Origin: Candidatus Omnitrophota bacterium | GTDB lineage: Bacteria; Omnitrophota; Gorgyraeia; Zapsychrales; JANLHA01 | Reading direction: 5' to 3' | DNA length: 64,000 bases | Assembly: GCA_038222225.1 (NCBI GenBank) | Contig: JBBRHV010000001.1 | Location: 13,864-77,863 of the forward strand | In this document: piece by piece, positions 9,101 through 24,100 of the stretch | How positions within the stretch are numbered: the first letter of the stretch is position 1 | How the letters are laid out: the number at the start of each line of letters is the position of its first letter | Notes under the pieces: model-generated | The model's input: the letters and a program-made list of their open reading frames with translations, nothing else | Told to the model about the DNA's origin: nothing | The model's database searches: none | Position numbers and translations under genes: made by a program

Positions 9101-12100
9101 GAAAGTAGACGGAAAGAAAAAAACCACGCAAAAATCCGGCGGGTTGTTGAACAGTATCAAAGGTCAGAACCTGTTCGGCGAAGGCGTGTGGAACGGCGGG
9201 AAGGTCGTTAAGGAAGAGAGCACAAAACTCACGGACGCACAATTCCGTTATTTTTTTGTTATGGGTGTGATTAACATTACAACGCAAGCTAAAAATGATT
9301 GGGCCATTGATCAGGTGAACACCAATCTGGCCGGAGGATTTGTCAACAGCGCGAGCGATCTTTATGTGGACGGAGGCATTGCCAAAAACATCAGATTATC
9401 GCTGGGATTTTTATTATCTGGTTTTAATAAACCGGAGATCACGCGGGATATTCTGGGGTTTGCTTATTGTGACTGGAAGGCCGTGCAGACCGGGCAGGTC
9501 GCGGTCAGTAAAGAGGTCTCCAAAAAATTAGTAGATCTGGGAGCAGACAAAGAGAACGCCAAAACAGCCCAAAAGGAAGCGCAGATAGTGGATCGGGCGG
9601 TTTGGGTTCTGTCGATTTCTGAGATGGTAGATTTGGGGAATAATCAGTACTCAGCTATGACCGGCTATAGCATGGTCGGCGTTGGGTGGACGGGATGGGA
9701 CATAGGAGAGAAGGATTTCGGGCGAGGGTTCAGTCATTTAAATTTAAAGATCAACCCTAAAATGGCAGAAAAATTAGGAATTTCAGAAAAGGATATTGAA
9801 AACGGCTTAAAACCAATTAAGGACGGAGAGCTTGCCGGGGAATTTGATAATGCTGCCTCAATCGAAGGGCTTGGGCCGAAGACGGTTTTAGGTATAAAAA
9901 ATGGATTAACAGCGCTGTTTGTTGAGCCGGGGTTAGATACGAACATTAATACATCTATTCGGTTGGCCGGATGGGATCAAGCCGAAGAGATTAATTTTTC
10001 GCGTGGTGCAGGCAGTGAAAGTTGGATGGGAGATGTTAAAAATCCGCATAATATTTCTCTTAAGGAAATGGGTGATCCCGCCAACCGCTTTGTGACCGAC
10101 AGAAAATATACGATAAGCTATCAAAAGGACTATCTTTTCCCGACGGTAAAGAACGCGACATGGTTGATCGGGCGGGTGAGTATAGGCCGGGAGACCTGGG
10201 GATATGAGCTCGACGCAGCAGACAAAACAAAACATCATCTGATGGAGCTGAAGAGCTTCTCAGGGATTAAACGAGCTTACGCAGGGGAAGGCGATCAAAA
10301 GATCTGGAAGCTGGAACAGCTGGATAAACCAAGGCTGAGTGTTTTCGGAATTAAGGGAAAAGTTTTTGGGGAAAAGTTGGCAGAAGCGTTCGCAAGTATG
10401 GGCATTTTTGATGCCGACAGCATTAATAAAGTTTTAAACGGCATCAATCCAGAAGATCTGAAAAGTCTGTACGACGCCGCCAGTGGCAAACTCAGCCCGC
10501 AGCAGAAAAAAGCTGGTTTGACGGCGCTCATTCAGAAGGCCATGGTGGATATTTTGGCTAAGGAAAGTTTTGAGTATAAGTCTCTGAAGGGAGCCATGGC
10601 AGAAGAGGGCGTTAGGATTGCCTTATTTGAAAAGTGGGGAGAAGACAAAAAGGTTGCGGAAAGCGGCCTGGCGCTTTTGGATTTGGGAGATAAACGCGAG
10701 GCTAAGAAAGGCGTGGACCGCTTTGTGTTCAGCCTTAATGCAGACAACCGGCTTTTGATGAATCCGCAGACATTGGATCTTCAAAAAAAGGAAGGCAAGA
10801 ATTCGGCGATAGACGGACTGGGAGTTTTTGAGATTGAAACTTTGGGGATTTCCAACGAAGATATTTTGCAGGGCCGGATAGCGATCGCTAAGGAAGGCGT
10901 CGGGGAAGCACAAATACAGGCCTATCAAGTGGCATTTCAGGCTTTGGATAAATCCGCCCGTCAGATCGCCGGGGTTCAGAATGCCCTGGAGACCATGAGC
11001 GCGCAAGAAGAGAGGGTCGCCAGCTTAACACAGCAGTTGCAGAATCCGGATCTTGACGCTGCGAAGAAAGAGGAACTGAAAAAAGAGATCGCGATCTTAG
11101 ATAGGGAAATAGGTTTGATGAAGGGCAATCTTCTGGTGGGGCATCAGGATATCGTGCAGAAGATTCGCAGCAAAGAAAAGGAAGTCGCTGATCTCATGCA
11201 GCAATGGAACAGTTCGGAATTCGGTTCCAAAAAGAAAGTGGCGCTGGAAGAAAAGATGGCTGCTCTGAATGTGGACATCGTTTCAATGAAAAAGAGCCTT
11301 CCGGAATATGTGCAGATTCTTGCGTCCAAAGACGGGGGTACGAAGGCAGCGTTAGGTAAAATAAAAGAAGAAGGCGCTAAGCTGGCTGCAAATTTGGCAG
11401 AGGTACAGAAGCTCAATCCGCTTACCGCCGGCGAAAAACGATTTGCCCTTGCCAGAATGTTCTTACCGACAAAAGAAGGAACGCATGCCACCTCTTGGGC
11501 AACCTCGTTTTTCCAGGAACGCCCGATCGCGAATTTAAGCTGGGAGTCTTTAAAGAAATATTATACCTATGAGAAAAAGGATGGGGTAACGCCTACTCCC
11601 GAAAAGGTCGCCTTAGGACTGGCGACTGTGGCAAGGGGTGAAAGCGCCAGTTCTCCTTGGGGAAACCTTGGCCAGACAGAAAGCCTTTCGGAATATGTTA
11701 TTAAAGGGAAGTGGACCAATATAAGAGAAACCGGCCTGGTTCATGTTCTGGACTATGAGCTTGGGGATATTCAAATGGGAGCCAATGGAGCCTTGGTGTA
11801 TGAAACCATCGGCACCGACGGAGCTATTTTAAATTTTGACCCGGCCACCGGGCGCGTGATGAAGTACGCTGCTGCTCAGGACGAAACGATTGAAGTTCCA
11901 ACAACGCTGAATAGTGATTTTAAGGAGAATTATGCGGGGACGTATCAAACGCATATTGTTTCGAATCAGAACGGCGTGCAGGTTGGAGGCGGCTCGATCA
12001 TCAGCCACGGGGACAAGTTCGGATGGTCTATCGGCCGCTTAGCGGATGTAGAAATTAAAAATAAGATCGCTGTTTATGATGGCATTAATTCTTATTATTT

Positions 12101-15100
12101 TGACCAGGAGGGCGGCAAGCCGGGGCAGTTCCGTGTCGCTAAAGAATATGAGCTGAAATACGACATGCTGAAATCCGGCTATACCAAAGAAGGCGTTAAG
12201 GACGGCGAAATCGCCCATCGGATGACCGCGGATGTTTTTGAAATGGCTTCGTTTGAAGTCGGCGGAGAAATCGGATATTCTTCGAGCGGAAAAATCTTCG
12301 GTTTCGACGATGCGTCGATCCAGCCGCTGTACCGTTTTGCTGAGGGAAAAAACGCCAAGCTGTTTGCCAAAGTCAAGAACGATCCGGCTGAGCGAGAATA
12401 CAAAGCTGAAAAGATCAATTTTAGTTTTTCAAACGATGGCGACGGGACGTTTGTATCTTTATCCAACTTTACGCTTGTCAAAGGTCAGCAAGACGCCAAA
12501 GCGGAAGGATCCGGCACGAGCGATATGAGTGTTGTGATGAAGGAAATTTTAGTCCCGATTCCGACCTTGTTTAACCGAAACACCGTGACTGCCCGTAAAA
12601 TGAGCAATGAAAATGAAGCGGCCGTTAAGCTCGCGGCCAAAAAACAATTTTCAAATATGAACGAGAAGATCGAGGCCATTGACGGAAACAATATTTTTGT
12701 TGTAACGGCGGCAGAAATGAAAGGCAGCGGAGCTTCTGAAACCGACACGGTTGTGCTGGTGACCGTTCCTGCTCATTCTGAGACGGACAAGCATGGGAAG
12801 ATCATAGAATATCCGGAAGCCTTGCGCCTTTATGTGCGCGAAGAGATTGCCAAAGATGTTTCTAAACTTTCCGATATCAAGATGATGACACACGAGGCAT
12901 TTTTGCAACAGAAGCAAATTGAGGTTGCGGCGGCGGACAATAAAACGAGAAAGGTTGCTTATTCAACAGCGGTTCGGCTGGACAACGAAGGGAACCCTCT
13001 TAAGGGATTGGATGACAGCGGCGCAGTAACGATGTTAGGAGATCTTTCACGTGAGGATTCCCCTTGGGGAAAAGAGATTGCAGCGCAGGCATCTCTGGTG
13101 ACCCGCATCATGGTGGTTGATCCAGCGGATATGCCGACCGGAGAAGGGATGGAGGGGGTCAACGCGGTTTTAAAAGGCAACATTTTGATTGTCACGCAAG
13201 CCGTGATCGACGATCCAAAAGAAATCAATGTGACCGCATTGTCGCATTTCGCTAAAGGAGAAATTATAACGGTGGTTAAAGCCGACGGCACCACCCGTAA
13301 AGTTCTTTTGAGCACGGAACTTTCTTCTGATGAGGGCAAGAAAGTTATCGAACTGGCCCAGCCGGCTTTAGATGCGCGAGCAGAGGCGCGGTTTGCTAAA
13401 ACTCATAAAAAAGGCGATGACCTGTTTGGGCGTAGTGTTTCTGAAGTCCGGGTGGTCGATGACGCGCTGATCGCCAACGGCCAGATGGCGCTGTCTTTTG
13501 AAGGAGATGTTTTGTATGTGGCAGAAGGGGCGCTGGCAAAAATGCAAGAAGCTCTACTGGGCACGCAGGAAACCGGAGAATTTTCGATGGGAGGACCGTT
13601 AGCGCTGGGAAACATCCGTGCTTCTCAAGCTGATCCTAACGGGGTTTATGCCAGCATTGCTTCAGGGCCTTTAGGCCGGATGATCTTAAATGAAAATAAA
13701 TTCACTCTTTATGAGGCTAATCTCAGCGAAGGGGATGTGCCGGGCGAGCTTAGAGCCAGGGACGCAAACGGAGTTCTGATGGGAGAGGCTTTGGTTGAAG
13801 ATGCCGGACCCAAGCGTTTGGCGTATATGTTTAGTCCGTTGCAGCAAGGATATCAGCCGGAGATCAGCGCAGATTTTAATATGAACGGGCGTCTTTTTGT
13901 TCCGGAGTCGAAGAAATTTTCAGTTAATATTTTTGAAGAAAAACAGGAATTAGCCAAGCCCCTGGGAGTTCCGGAAGGAATGCCGAATACGTTTTTGCCT
14001 CAGGCAAGCCGTTCCTTAACAAAATTTAGCGGGATTGCGGATTTTAAAGGCGGAGAGATCCAGATCCATGCCGGGTCAAGAGGCCAGAATGAAGCTTCGC
14101 AGACAATGGCCATAAAGGGAATCATTGACGGTAAAAATGAATGGGTTGCCACAACTCTCAAACAGACCAGTATGGATTTCTTTGATGACTTCGGTCGTAA
14201 ATCATTAAGCCAAGGCTTCTCGCAAGAATTAACGCGAGCCTTATCAAGTGAAAATTGGAAAGTAGCGGTCGATGAGGCGAAAGTGACGCCGGAGGCCGGT
14301 TTGCTGCGCTGGCATGGAGAGGATTTAAATCTGAACGGTTCTTCTGGTACGTTGTTCGCCAAGGTGACTTTGGCTGACGGAACAACGAAGGAATCAAAAG
14401 AGGTTCAGTACCGTCACACGTTTCTTGATCGGCGGTTGATGACCGATGCTGAATATGAAGTATATAAACAGGTTAATGCCGCTTCCCAGAATCAAGGGGG
14501 GGCGTTTGTCCCGCTGAGCGGCCGCGTTGCCGAAGCCTTTGTCAAATCGACGAAGGAAGGAGACCTTCCGATTGATCTGAAAGGTACTCAGATTTATAAG
14601 CGGCCCTTGAGTCAGGCCACGCGCGCGGCCTTGGCGATTTTGCGAAGCATTCTGCAGGATTACCAAGCCAATGGGACGGTTCACGCGAAGAAGGACATGT
14701 TCTTGCCAGGCATGGACAGCCTTGCTGCGGCTTTATCCGGCGCTTCTAAGGGAGAGCTGGACGCAATCATCAAAGAGGCGGAGCAGCTTTATGGGAGAGC
14801 GACACCGGATACGATTGTCAAGACCATGATTTATAAGAATTCTGACTTAGTAGCTATGATGTTGGATGTGGCTTTGGCTCAAGACGGCGCTGGGATGGCA
14901 TTTAAAAGCACTGCCGATGCCGACGGGCTTAAAAGCATGATTGAGACAGATGTTCATTTAGCAGTCTTAGGTAACGGCATGACCGGGATCAACGCTCTAA
15001 AGAATCTTGCTTTGAAGGCCGCGAACGGTGACATGGCAAAAGCCCAAGTAATGTTAAATGAGGTCTCGGCTGTTTTGAGCGGAACGTTCAGAGGGGCGGG

Positions 15101-18100
15101 AATGCTGAATGTTTTAAAACGCACGGAGTATAAGGATGCGGGCATATTAAATGAAATGATCCAGCTGGTTAAGCAAGGGAAAGATGGAAATAGCGGCTTT
15201 GGAGAGATGGAGGATTCCGCCAAATTAGCTGTGCTGGTTTTAGTTGCCGCGATGACTACGGGAAAGACAGACTTGATAAGCAATTTGGATAAGGATAATG
15301 CAGCTGTGAAGTTTTTAAAGCAGATGGGTTATCAACCCGGCATAGAGCTGACAAAAGTTGCCGAAGAATTTGCTAAGGCTTTTGATCTTTCAGATCCGGC
15401 GTTGACTGATAAGCAGAAAATGGAAAGGGCTTCGGGCCTTGCCCTTCTCACCAGTATCGGCAACACGATGAAAGGCGAAGATGATGCCGAGAATGCTTTT
15501 GAATTTATTATTCGAAATTCTGACGCGCTTAAAAACAGTAATTTGTTTTCTCCCAAGCAGGCAGTTTTGAATGAGTTATCTGAAAAAATAAATGTTCTTC
15601 AAAATTCAAGAACGAAAGACGCAAAAACAGGAGAGTTTAAACGTATAGGTTTGACTGTGTTTTCGGCAGATGCTTTGCAGGCTTTAGCGGATTTTGGCAG
15701 GGACCTTAGGGCATCAGTTGAATTGAACAACAAATTGACCGATGCCGGGATTTCTTTCGCGGATCGGGTTTCATTATTAGGAGAAGTCGACAAGCTGCAG
15801 ACGGAAAAAGGCGCAGATGGAAAAGCACTAAGCCCGATAGAGATCGTTGTGAGCTTGCTTGGCGGCGGGCAGAGGGCGCAAATTGCTAAAGTGTTCGGTA
15901 ATCAAGGACTGAATGAAACATTTTTGGATCAAGCGGTGCAGACCTATCAAACAACACAGCGCCAGGCGAAAGAAATAGAATTTATGAAGTTGGCGGGATT
16001 GATGATTTCAGAGGGACCGATCAATAAAGCAAATATTTCTGCGGATAAAGAAGGAGATCCTACTAAGGCGATCTTAAACGTTGACGCAACCAAAGGGCAG
16101 GGATTGTGGATCGCGTTTGGCGCTCCGCAGCAGAATCGTTTAGAAGCCTTTATGGCATCGCTTGCCGGCGGTAATGAATATGAGCTTTCAAAGGCTTTAG
16201 ATGCGAGCGGGATTTCAGTTAAGCAAAAGGAAGAGATTCAGCAGGCGGCTTCTGCGTTCAGTGAAGTGATGGCAGGAGCTGAATATACAGGTGTCAATCC
16301 GCAAGAGGCCTTTGCAAAACTTTTTGTCTCGAAACTTTCTGACGGTACCCTGCAGGCTTTGACCAGTGCAGGTGTGATTGATAAAATTGCACGGATTTCT
16401 AATCCAATCTATGACCAAAAGCAGCTGAATGTGAATTTCAATCCGCTCTTGGAAGGATCTGTGTTTACCAAAGGCGAGCCGGCAGGAACGCCTGGGATCA
16501 TGATTGCGCGCGATGATTTTTCGGGGATCAGTTCAGTTCTAAACAGCGGAGCAGTAACCATTAAGAACGGCATGTTCTTTATTCAAGAGGCAGGGCTTCG
16601 AACCACATCACCGATTTACGCGCCCGGCGTGATCGGACAGATGAAGAATGTGATCAATTATAAAGAAGGCGCGCCTGTCAGCGCTTCTTCGGTCGGCGTT
16701 CAGTATTCAGACATGATGACATCACAGGGCACAGAATGGAATGTTAATTACGGGCTGATCGCCATGCTTAAAGACGGTACTGCTTTCGGTACGTTTGATT
16801 TAGTAGGCGCAGATAAATATCAGCAGGATTATCTTTTTGTTCCGCAGGATTTTAAAGTGTCAGAAGGCTCGATGGCGTCTTTGGCGCAGGGTGAGAACGG
16901 TTGGACTCAGACCCGTTTTGCTGACGGCGCAACACTGAAAGGGGAATTTTTCGGCGGATATATGTCAAAGGATGGGCTTTTAAGCAGCGCAGTTTTGTAT
17001 GGAAAAGGCCCGTTCTGGGAACGGGTGAAAGAAACGCCGACTGGTTATACCCCACGCCAAACGAAAGATATGAATCTGGCAACTCTCGCCATGGTCGAAG
17101 GCGATAACATTATGGGCAATAGCAAGACTGATGTTAAAGAAGCGTATACCCGTTTTACGACGCCGGATAAAGACACGATAGTATCTGCCGTTCCGATGGA
17201 TATCGGACCGGATGGAAATAAAGCATATACGGCCATGGCTGAAAACGGCACGCGTTTGGTGTTTGCTCTTGGCTCCAAGGGCCCTGACGGTGAAGGCTAT
17301 TTTACCGGCATGCTTCGCCCGGATTTCAGACGGCCGGGAAGCTTGCATTTGTTTTCTAAGGATACAGTTCTTTACGATAAAAAAGGCAAGCTTGACCTGT
17401 CCAAGGCGATTATTCAATTTGTTAAAGGCCGCGGAAAATATCAAACCGATATTGGTAATTTCTTAAACGCAGCAGTGGATGAAATATTTTTATCAACAGG
17501 AGTTAAGCCGGGCGTGTCTGTTCGTGAGGGCATGTATGCTTACGGGCGGCTGCCTAGTTCAGAAGCAGTTATACCTAAAGGAAGAGAGGCGCCGGAACAT
17601 TTCGATACAACCGGTACACCTGCCGATGTGCTGGTTGGTCAAGTCTTTACGGAAGACGGCGGAAAATATTTCGGAAAAGGCTTTTTAGGGCGGTTTACGG
17701 ATAATGCGTTTGTTGGTCTTGCGAAGCAGCGGTCATTTCATGGCGATCTGGCGCAGAACGATATTCCTAATTGGCTTGGTTTTGAAGAAAAAGGGCTACA
17801 GGTTTTGGGTGAAGGAGGACAATGGCTTGGCGTAAGCAAGGATACATATAAGGCAAGAGTCTATCAGATATCGCTTGCCAAAAAAGAAGGCAAAGAAGAT
17901 GTCTATGTTCCTATTCTTATGAAGGCAATGACGTTTGCAAATGGCTCAGTAAGGCGGGAATTTAGACTGCAGGGCAAGGAGAAAAAAACAGATGCAGAGT
18001 ATGGGAGTCTTGTATTCAAGAAATTTGAATTGAATTCTCTTGTCGCAAAACTTGAGGCGATAATGCCTAAAGAGAATGTGGAGAAAAAAGACAACAGCAT

Positions 18101-21100
18101 TATCGTTGATGGCAAGAAAATCAGCTTAGATATGAATAGCATGTATCAATTCAGCATGAGGACGGCAAGTTGTCATGCTAACGGAATAGGCGGCTCTGTT
18201 GATCCACAGATGCAACAGCGCCTTGAACTGGCGATGTTAAAGGGTCGAATTCAAGGAACGAAGGAGGAAATTGCGTTTCTTGAGAGCGATGATTACCATG
18301 CGATCGGAGCCTATGGAACCAATTGGGGATATGTGATGGATGAGAACGGAAACGCGGTCCGCATGGAATATTATTTAGATCAGGGGCAGTTTATCGGCCA
18401 GCATGGTAGTGGTGAGGTTGTTCGGACCTTGGGATTACCGGTCATTGAATATCAAAAAGCCATCAAAGAGATCGCTGCTAATGCTGAAAAAAATAAGGCC
18501 GCGAAAGATACAAAGGGCACATTTAACCCCAATGACGTGAAAGTCGGAAGCGATGTCAAGGTACCAACCAGCGTTGACCTTAAAGAGACAGGATTTGTGC
18601 ATGTTGTTGATCTTAAGCAGAGGCTAACCAAGGAACAGGTCGGGATGGATCGTACCGCGCTGTATGATGTACAGGCAGGAGAACGGTCCGCTGGTTTTGT
18701 GATCGATGGAATTGATTTCGAGAAAGGGGAGATCCGTACCCGTTCAACAATGGATCTTGCCGGTACGCAAATTCTTTTGCCAAAGACGGATCTTATTGAT
18801 AAACGGGCAAGCGTGTTTAATCCTTTGAATACGAACGGCAACACGTTTGCGGTTCGCGAGGGAGGCAACAAGAATTCATTTAATCTTTACGCCTGGCAGG
18901 CTTCGCAAAAAGAATACAACAAACAGTTGAAAAAAGCTATCAACGAAACCGGAGGGAAGGCGGTTTTCGATTCGAAGTTTATCGCAAAGCTATTAAACGA
19001 ACCGGTTCCTGCTGGTGGCATGTTTGGTCTTAGCAGAAATCAGAAGGAAAGCGTGAAAATCGTTATTGCGAATCTTGCGACGGCGGAATTTAATAAAAAA
19101 TGGTTTGAGGACGCGAATAATGAAGGCTTCTCGCTGAACTTCCGGGGCATGGATGGTTCCGATGAAATGGCATATATCACCGAAAACCGCAAAGATGGCG
19201 GGTTGGGGATGCTGTTATTTAGTTATAGAGGCGATGCGGCGCTGTTGAATTTTATGAATAATCCAGATCCTATGGCGTATACGAAACCGGAAGAGCGTGC
19301 AGCGCTCCGGATGAGAGAAATTCTTTTTGGTGAAAATGCCGGCCTTGAAAAAGAGATGGTCGATTTTACGGTGAGCCAGCATTATAAAAGTCTCATGCGC
19401 AAAGAAGAAGACTCAAAGATCAATGAATTTCAGACAAATAAGGATGCCGGAATACTTTTAAGCGAGGATGAAAACTATAATAAGCTTACAAGCATTACTG
19501 TTTCTAAAGCAGCTAAAGAGGATAATTCTAAACCGGGATTTATTGCCCGGCTCTTTTCTGACGGTGAGACATTCACCAAGGAAGAGCTGGAGGCTACCAG
19601 AGCTCAAAGAGCCATTGAGTGGCAGAAAAGAAGTTTGAAATATAAAGGAGCGGAATGGTTTGATTTGGCTGCTGATGACGTGACGTTCAAATTTTTATCG
19701 AGCGGGCGCAGAATTGAATATGCCGAGGATGAAGAGTTTGCCAAACGCGCCTTCTATGATTTGGCCTATCATGGATATGATGGATTAAATGTTCACGCTC
19801 ATGCTTTAGGAACATTGGGCAATATGGTCACAACAATGGCCGTTATTGACACGGTGAATTATGCGTGGATGGCAGTAGAGGCAGGCGTGCTGGTTGTTGG
19901 TACGGTGACGACGGGTGTTGGGGGCGCTGCTGGTGCAGGTTTGATGGAAAGCATCAGGCAGGCGGGGATCAGAGCGACCACGAAGTTATTAATGGCCGCA
20001 GCGAAAAGATCTGTTATAGAAATGATAGCAAAAGGCGCCGTGAAGAGGATGGTTATCGGAGCCGGTGTCAACATTGCCGCAACGGCGGTTTTTTCCGGCG
20101 GAGAAGCCAGTTTTGGTGATTATGCTCAGGCGGGTGTTTGGGGAGCTTTGTATTCCCGTCCGTGGAAAAAGGCGTCAACGTATTTGGCAGGACGCATGGC
20201 CATTGCCGGCAGTATTAAAACAGCCGGTCGCGGGATTGCTGCTGTAGGCGGAGGCATCGGCAGGGGCGTTGTCCAATTTGGAGGTAGGATTGGTACGGGG
20301 ATTTCTGATGCTGGATCAGCTTTGGCTGGAAGTATAAGCAGCAACCGTTATGGCGCACAAGCTTTAAGGGCTGCGGAGGTCGCGGGATTTGAAATGAAAC
20401 AAGCTGGAGTGTATATCGGGAAACCCCTTGTCCGGTTCGCGCAAACAGTTAATAAATATCAAACGCCTATAAAAAATGCTGCGATCGGGCTCGGGGCCGC
20501 ATCTGTCGTTGGAGTCGGCGGATACTATGCCATGAATTCTCAGCAAGGGCTTCCTTCTTTTGTAAGAGACAACAAGCTGAGCCTTGCTGTGACCGGAGGA
20601 TTGGTGACAGGAGGACTTTATTTTGGCAAAAAGTATGGGGCATCGGCGCTGCTGGGAATCGATAAATTTGTACAAAATACCATATTCTCAACAGCACCGG
20701 GAAGAATTGCTTTCGGAACCGCGCTTGGCCTTTCGGTAGGATATGGCATCAACAATCTTGCAGGAAAGGACAGCTATGATTCCAGCGGATTTTTCTATTC
20801 TGCCGGGGCTTTAGCTGCTGTAGGCGGGGCAGCTCTTTTAACTAAAAGAATGCCGGCTTCAAGTTTGTTAAGTATAAAAACAGGCTTGGGTAAATATATT
20901 ACTACTCCCATAGGCGGGTTCGCAAAAGCGCATCCTTATTGGACAACCGCTGCTGTTGGAACCATTGGGTTGGAGATCGCGAATGGGTATGGAACAAAAG
21001 AGAGCAATAGCGGGTCATCTTATTTTGGAAGGCCAACGATCGGTCTTTTGGCGGCGATGGCTGCGGTTCGCGCAGGGAAACCGATGGCACGGCTTTTGAA

Positions 21101-24100
21101 AGCCAATCCCGAAGCATTGTTATTCAGCTTTTATCAGACAGGCACTGACGTTCGATATAATCAGGATCCGTCACAAAATACTCTTGCGGGGAATGTGCTT
21201 AGAAGTGTTCTTTTGGCGCCCGGCCGTGCCGTTGTCGGTGGAGTGGCAGGACTCGGAAATCAAGTGGGACTTAAAAATCAAGGCCGTGAATTTTTGGCGC
21301 GCAAAACGTATGCGGAACAAGAGGCGATTTTTACATCTGCCGAAAAGAATTTGGGCAGCGTCGGGGCGGCTGGGCTTTCTTTTGCAACTGCTTATACCCG
21401 TTCCGTATTTGCATGGGGGACCGGCGCTTATCAGACGGCAGCGTTGCTGTCGCCGCTCGATACGATCGCAGAACTCGCTGACATGACACGCAAACCCAAA
21501 AATATTCCGCAGGATACCCCGGAAGATTTCAAATTCTCTCATTTGGCTTGGATGGCCGGAAGCATCATGGGTGTGAAACCCGGGGTGAGCAATTTTATAA
21601 AGCAAAAACCAACATCGTATTTAGAAAAGTTATTGAGCGAAACACACGCATCCATGCCAAGTTTTGTCTTGGTTAATTCAGCTATTAATATTTTTGCGCC
21701 AAGCATTTTTGGTGAAGGCGCCGATCAAATTGACAAACGCATTCAAGCAACGGCGTATCAATCCGACAATATTGCCCGGGGGGCGTTTGGCATGGGCTTG
21801 CTCTGGCAGGCAGCTTCGCCGTTGATCAAGGGGATTTCCGGACGGTTCTCCAGTCGGGTTGAGGGATGGAAGCCGCTTACGCAGACGACAATGGGTGGAG
21901 GATTAGCTGTAGCTGGGACCGCTATGCATGTGTATGGGACCAACTGGAAAGCAGAACTAGAAGAGACAGGCTCTTCTGATGGGGTCTGGGCGAATATCAT
22001 CGCAAACTCCGGGTTGATTGTGCAAGGGGTCGGAACAGCCATTTTGTTGAAACGGACAAGAGCCAATACCTGGAGTGAGAGATTTTTGGAATCCACAAAG
22101 GTTGCTGAAGCGAAAAATGCTGGTTTGTTTAGAGGAGGACCGGGCACTTTAACAGCAGGCGTGACCGACCGCTTTATCCGTGCAGCAGCGTTTGGGACTG
22201 AAGCATCTTTGGGTATTTTGTCAGCTGCGAGTGTGGTTTATGGCAGCAAGAAGCTTGTATTCGACCCGGCCTTGAGCGCGTTTGAGGCCCGTCAAAGCAA
22301 TGAGGCTAAAGGAGGTTTCTGGAGCCATTTTGCCGCGAATTATGTTGAAAAAAGCACCCCGTATCTTTTAAGGGGGCGGGCATATTCAATGGAGAAGCCC
22401 ACCGATCTTTTATCCTTGGCAAAGGCTTTGAATGATAAAGAGCGTGGCATTGAAATTATTGAAAATGAGGCCACGTTTGACGAAAATCGAAAAATTATAA
22501 ACAGTAAGAAATATTCAAAGATGTCTAATGATGAACTTAAGAAAGAGGCGAAAGCGTTAGGTTTAGGAGAAGCGGGAGTTGAGCAATTACTTAAGGATAA
22601 GCAACGGGATACTGTCGTGTGGGCCATCATTTCCGAAAAAGTCAAGAGCGCGATGGAGGCACGTAAGGAAGTGGTTGTTACCAAAGATGGAGAGAAGATC
22701 GAAAGATATAGTCTAGATGGAATGGAGCTGAGGAAAAACAAAGACGGCGAATACGATCGCAAGGTTGGAGGCTATGGAACAGATTTACCAATCTATATAC
22801 TCGAAGGCTTGATGGTGGCTGCCACCGTGAAGGGGGCAAGAGAATATAGTTCCAAACTTAAAACATTGAGAAACAAGCCTGACGCAGCTGAAGGCGTACT
22901 CAGGGGCGGATTGAAAGAGTATTGGGTGGAGGCTGGTCCAAAAACAAAAACAGCTTATGAATTCGGGCAAAAGAATCCATTTGGTACTGCGGCAGCATGG
23001 GCCGGCGCTGGAGGAGTCTTGTACGGCGGCGGGTATTTATTGGAAAGTTATGGAAAGACAGAACAAAGCAAAGCGGCTCAGGACTGGGGCAAGGCATTAA
23101 AATTTGTCGGTACAGTTTCTGTGGGAATCGGCGGGGCGGTTGCAATCGGCGGCATGGGGGACATGCTTTTAAAAGGATCTGGATCCAAGGTGAGTTTTGC
23201 CGGAGGGGCTCACGTTGCAGGGCGGATGGCCGGAAATATGGTTTTGGAAACAGCGAATAATTTATTGACTGTTATGGCTCCGTTATCCGGCGTGTTGGAA
23301 GGCGTTTCCTGGATGGCGAATAAGGCTGTTCCGTTGGCTGGGTCTGAAATGGAGAAGAATTTCTTGAAATACACGGTTGCCGGGTTCTGGGATGATACTC
23401 AGGTTTTGACTAAAGATGGCAAGTGGATGGACAGAGCTGCGGTTAAATATGACGGCGCCACGTCCTTATTGGGAATAGCTGGTCGGGCATATTCATCCGG
23501 ACTGTTTGGTTATGATGCCGCGACAGGAGAATTGAAAGTTGCTTCATTGGGCAAGATTCCCACGACGCCTCAAACATTGCTTCCTCTTCCTGAAAGTATG
23601 GGCGGCCTTCCCGGCGATCAATATAAAGGCGTTCAAGGGCAGATGATCGGTTTTTCTGCCGCCTTGACGGCGTTACGGGCGGCGACTCCGATGCTTAAAC
23701 ATGTTCAGGCCGGAGATTTTGGGCGACGGTTCCAGGCGATGAATCATGCGTTTGATAAGACATTCCAGATTGATTTTTTTGAAATGAATAAAAATTCGGC
23801 GGTCGGCAGGATGGTCAACAACTTCCCGCTTCATCCGGCGCGCATGATTGGCGGAAGCATTGAGGAGATCGGCGAACAGTTTGCCCAGATCGGCCTGCAG
23901 ATGACGCCGGTGGGATATGTGGGGCCGATCTTAAAAGCGTTTGGAGTTTCTCCGGCGGCAGCGCGCAGTTTTTCAGAACAATTCAATGAGGTCGCTCAGG
24001 AAATTGTGTTAAGCGGGCACACGATTGGTGTGAATAATTTCCGTTACGCCAATCGGGAAATCCTGCAATTTTTAACCGGGAACGCCAGCCAATATTCCGG

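Noticed and set aside
18171-18341. Possible second papain-like triad (SCHANG...YHAIGAY...YVMD)
   Set aside because: Spacing is plausible but there are no supporting flanking motifs; needs HHpred or structure prediction
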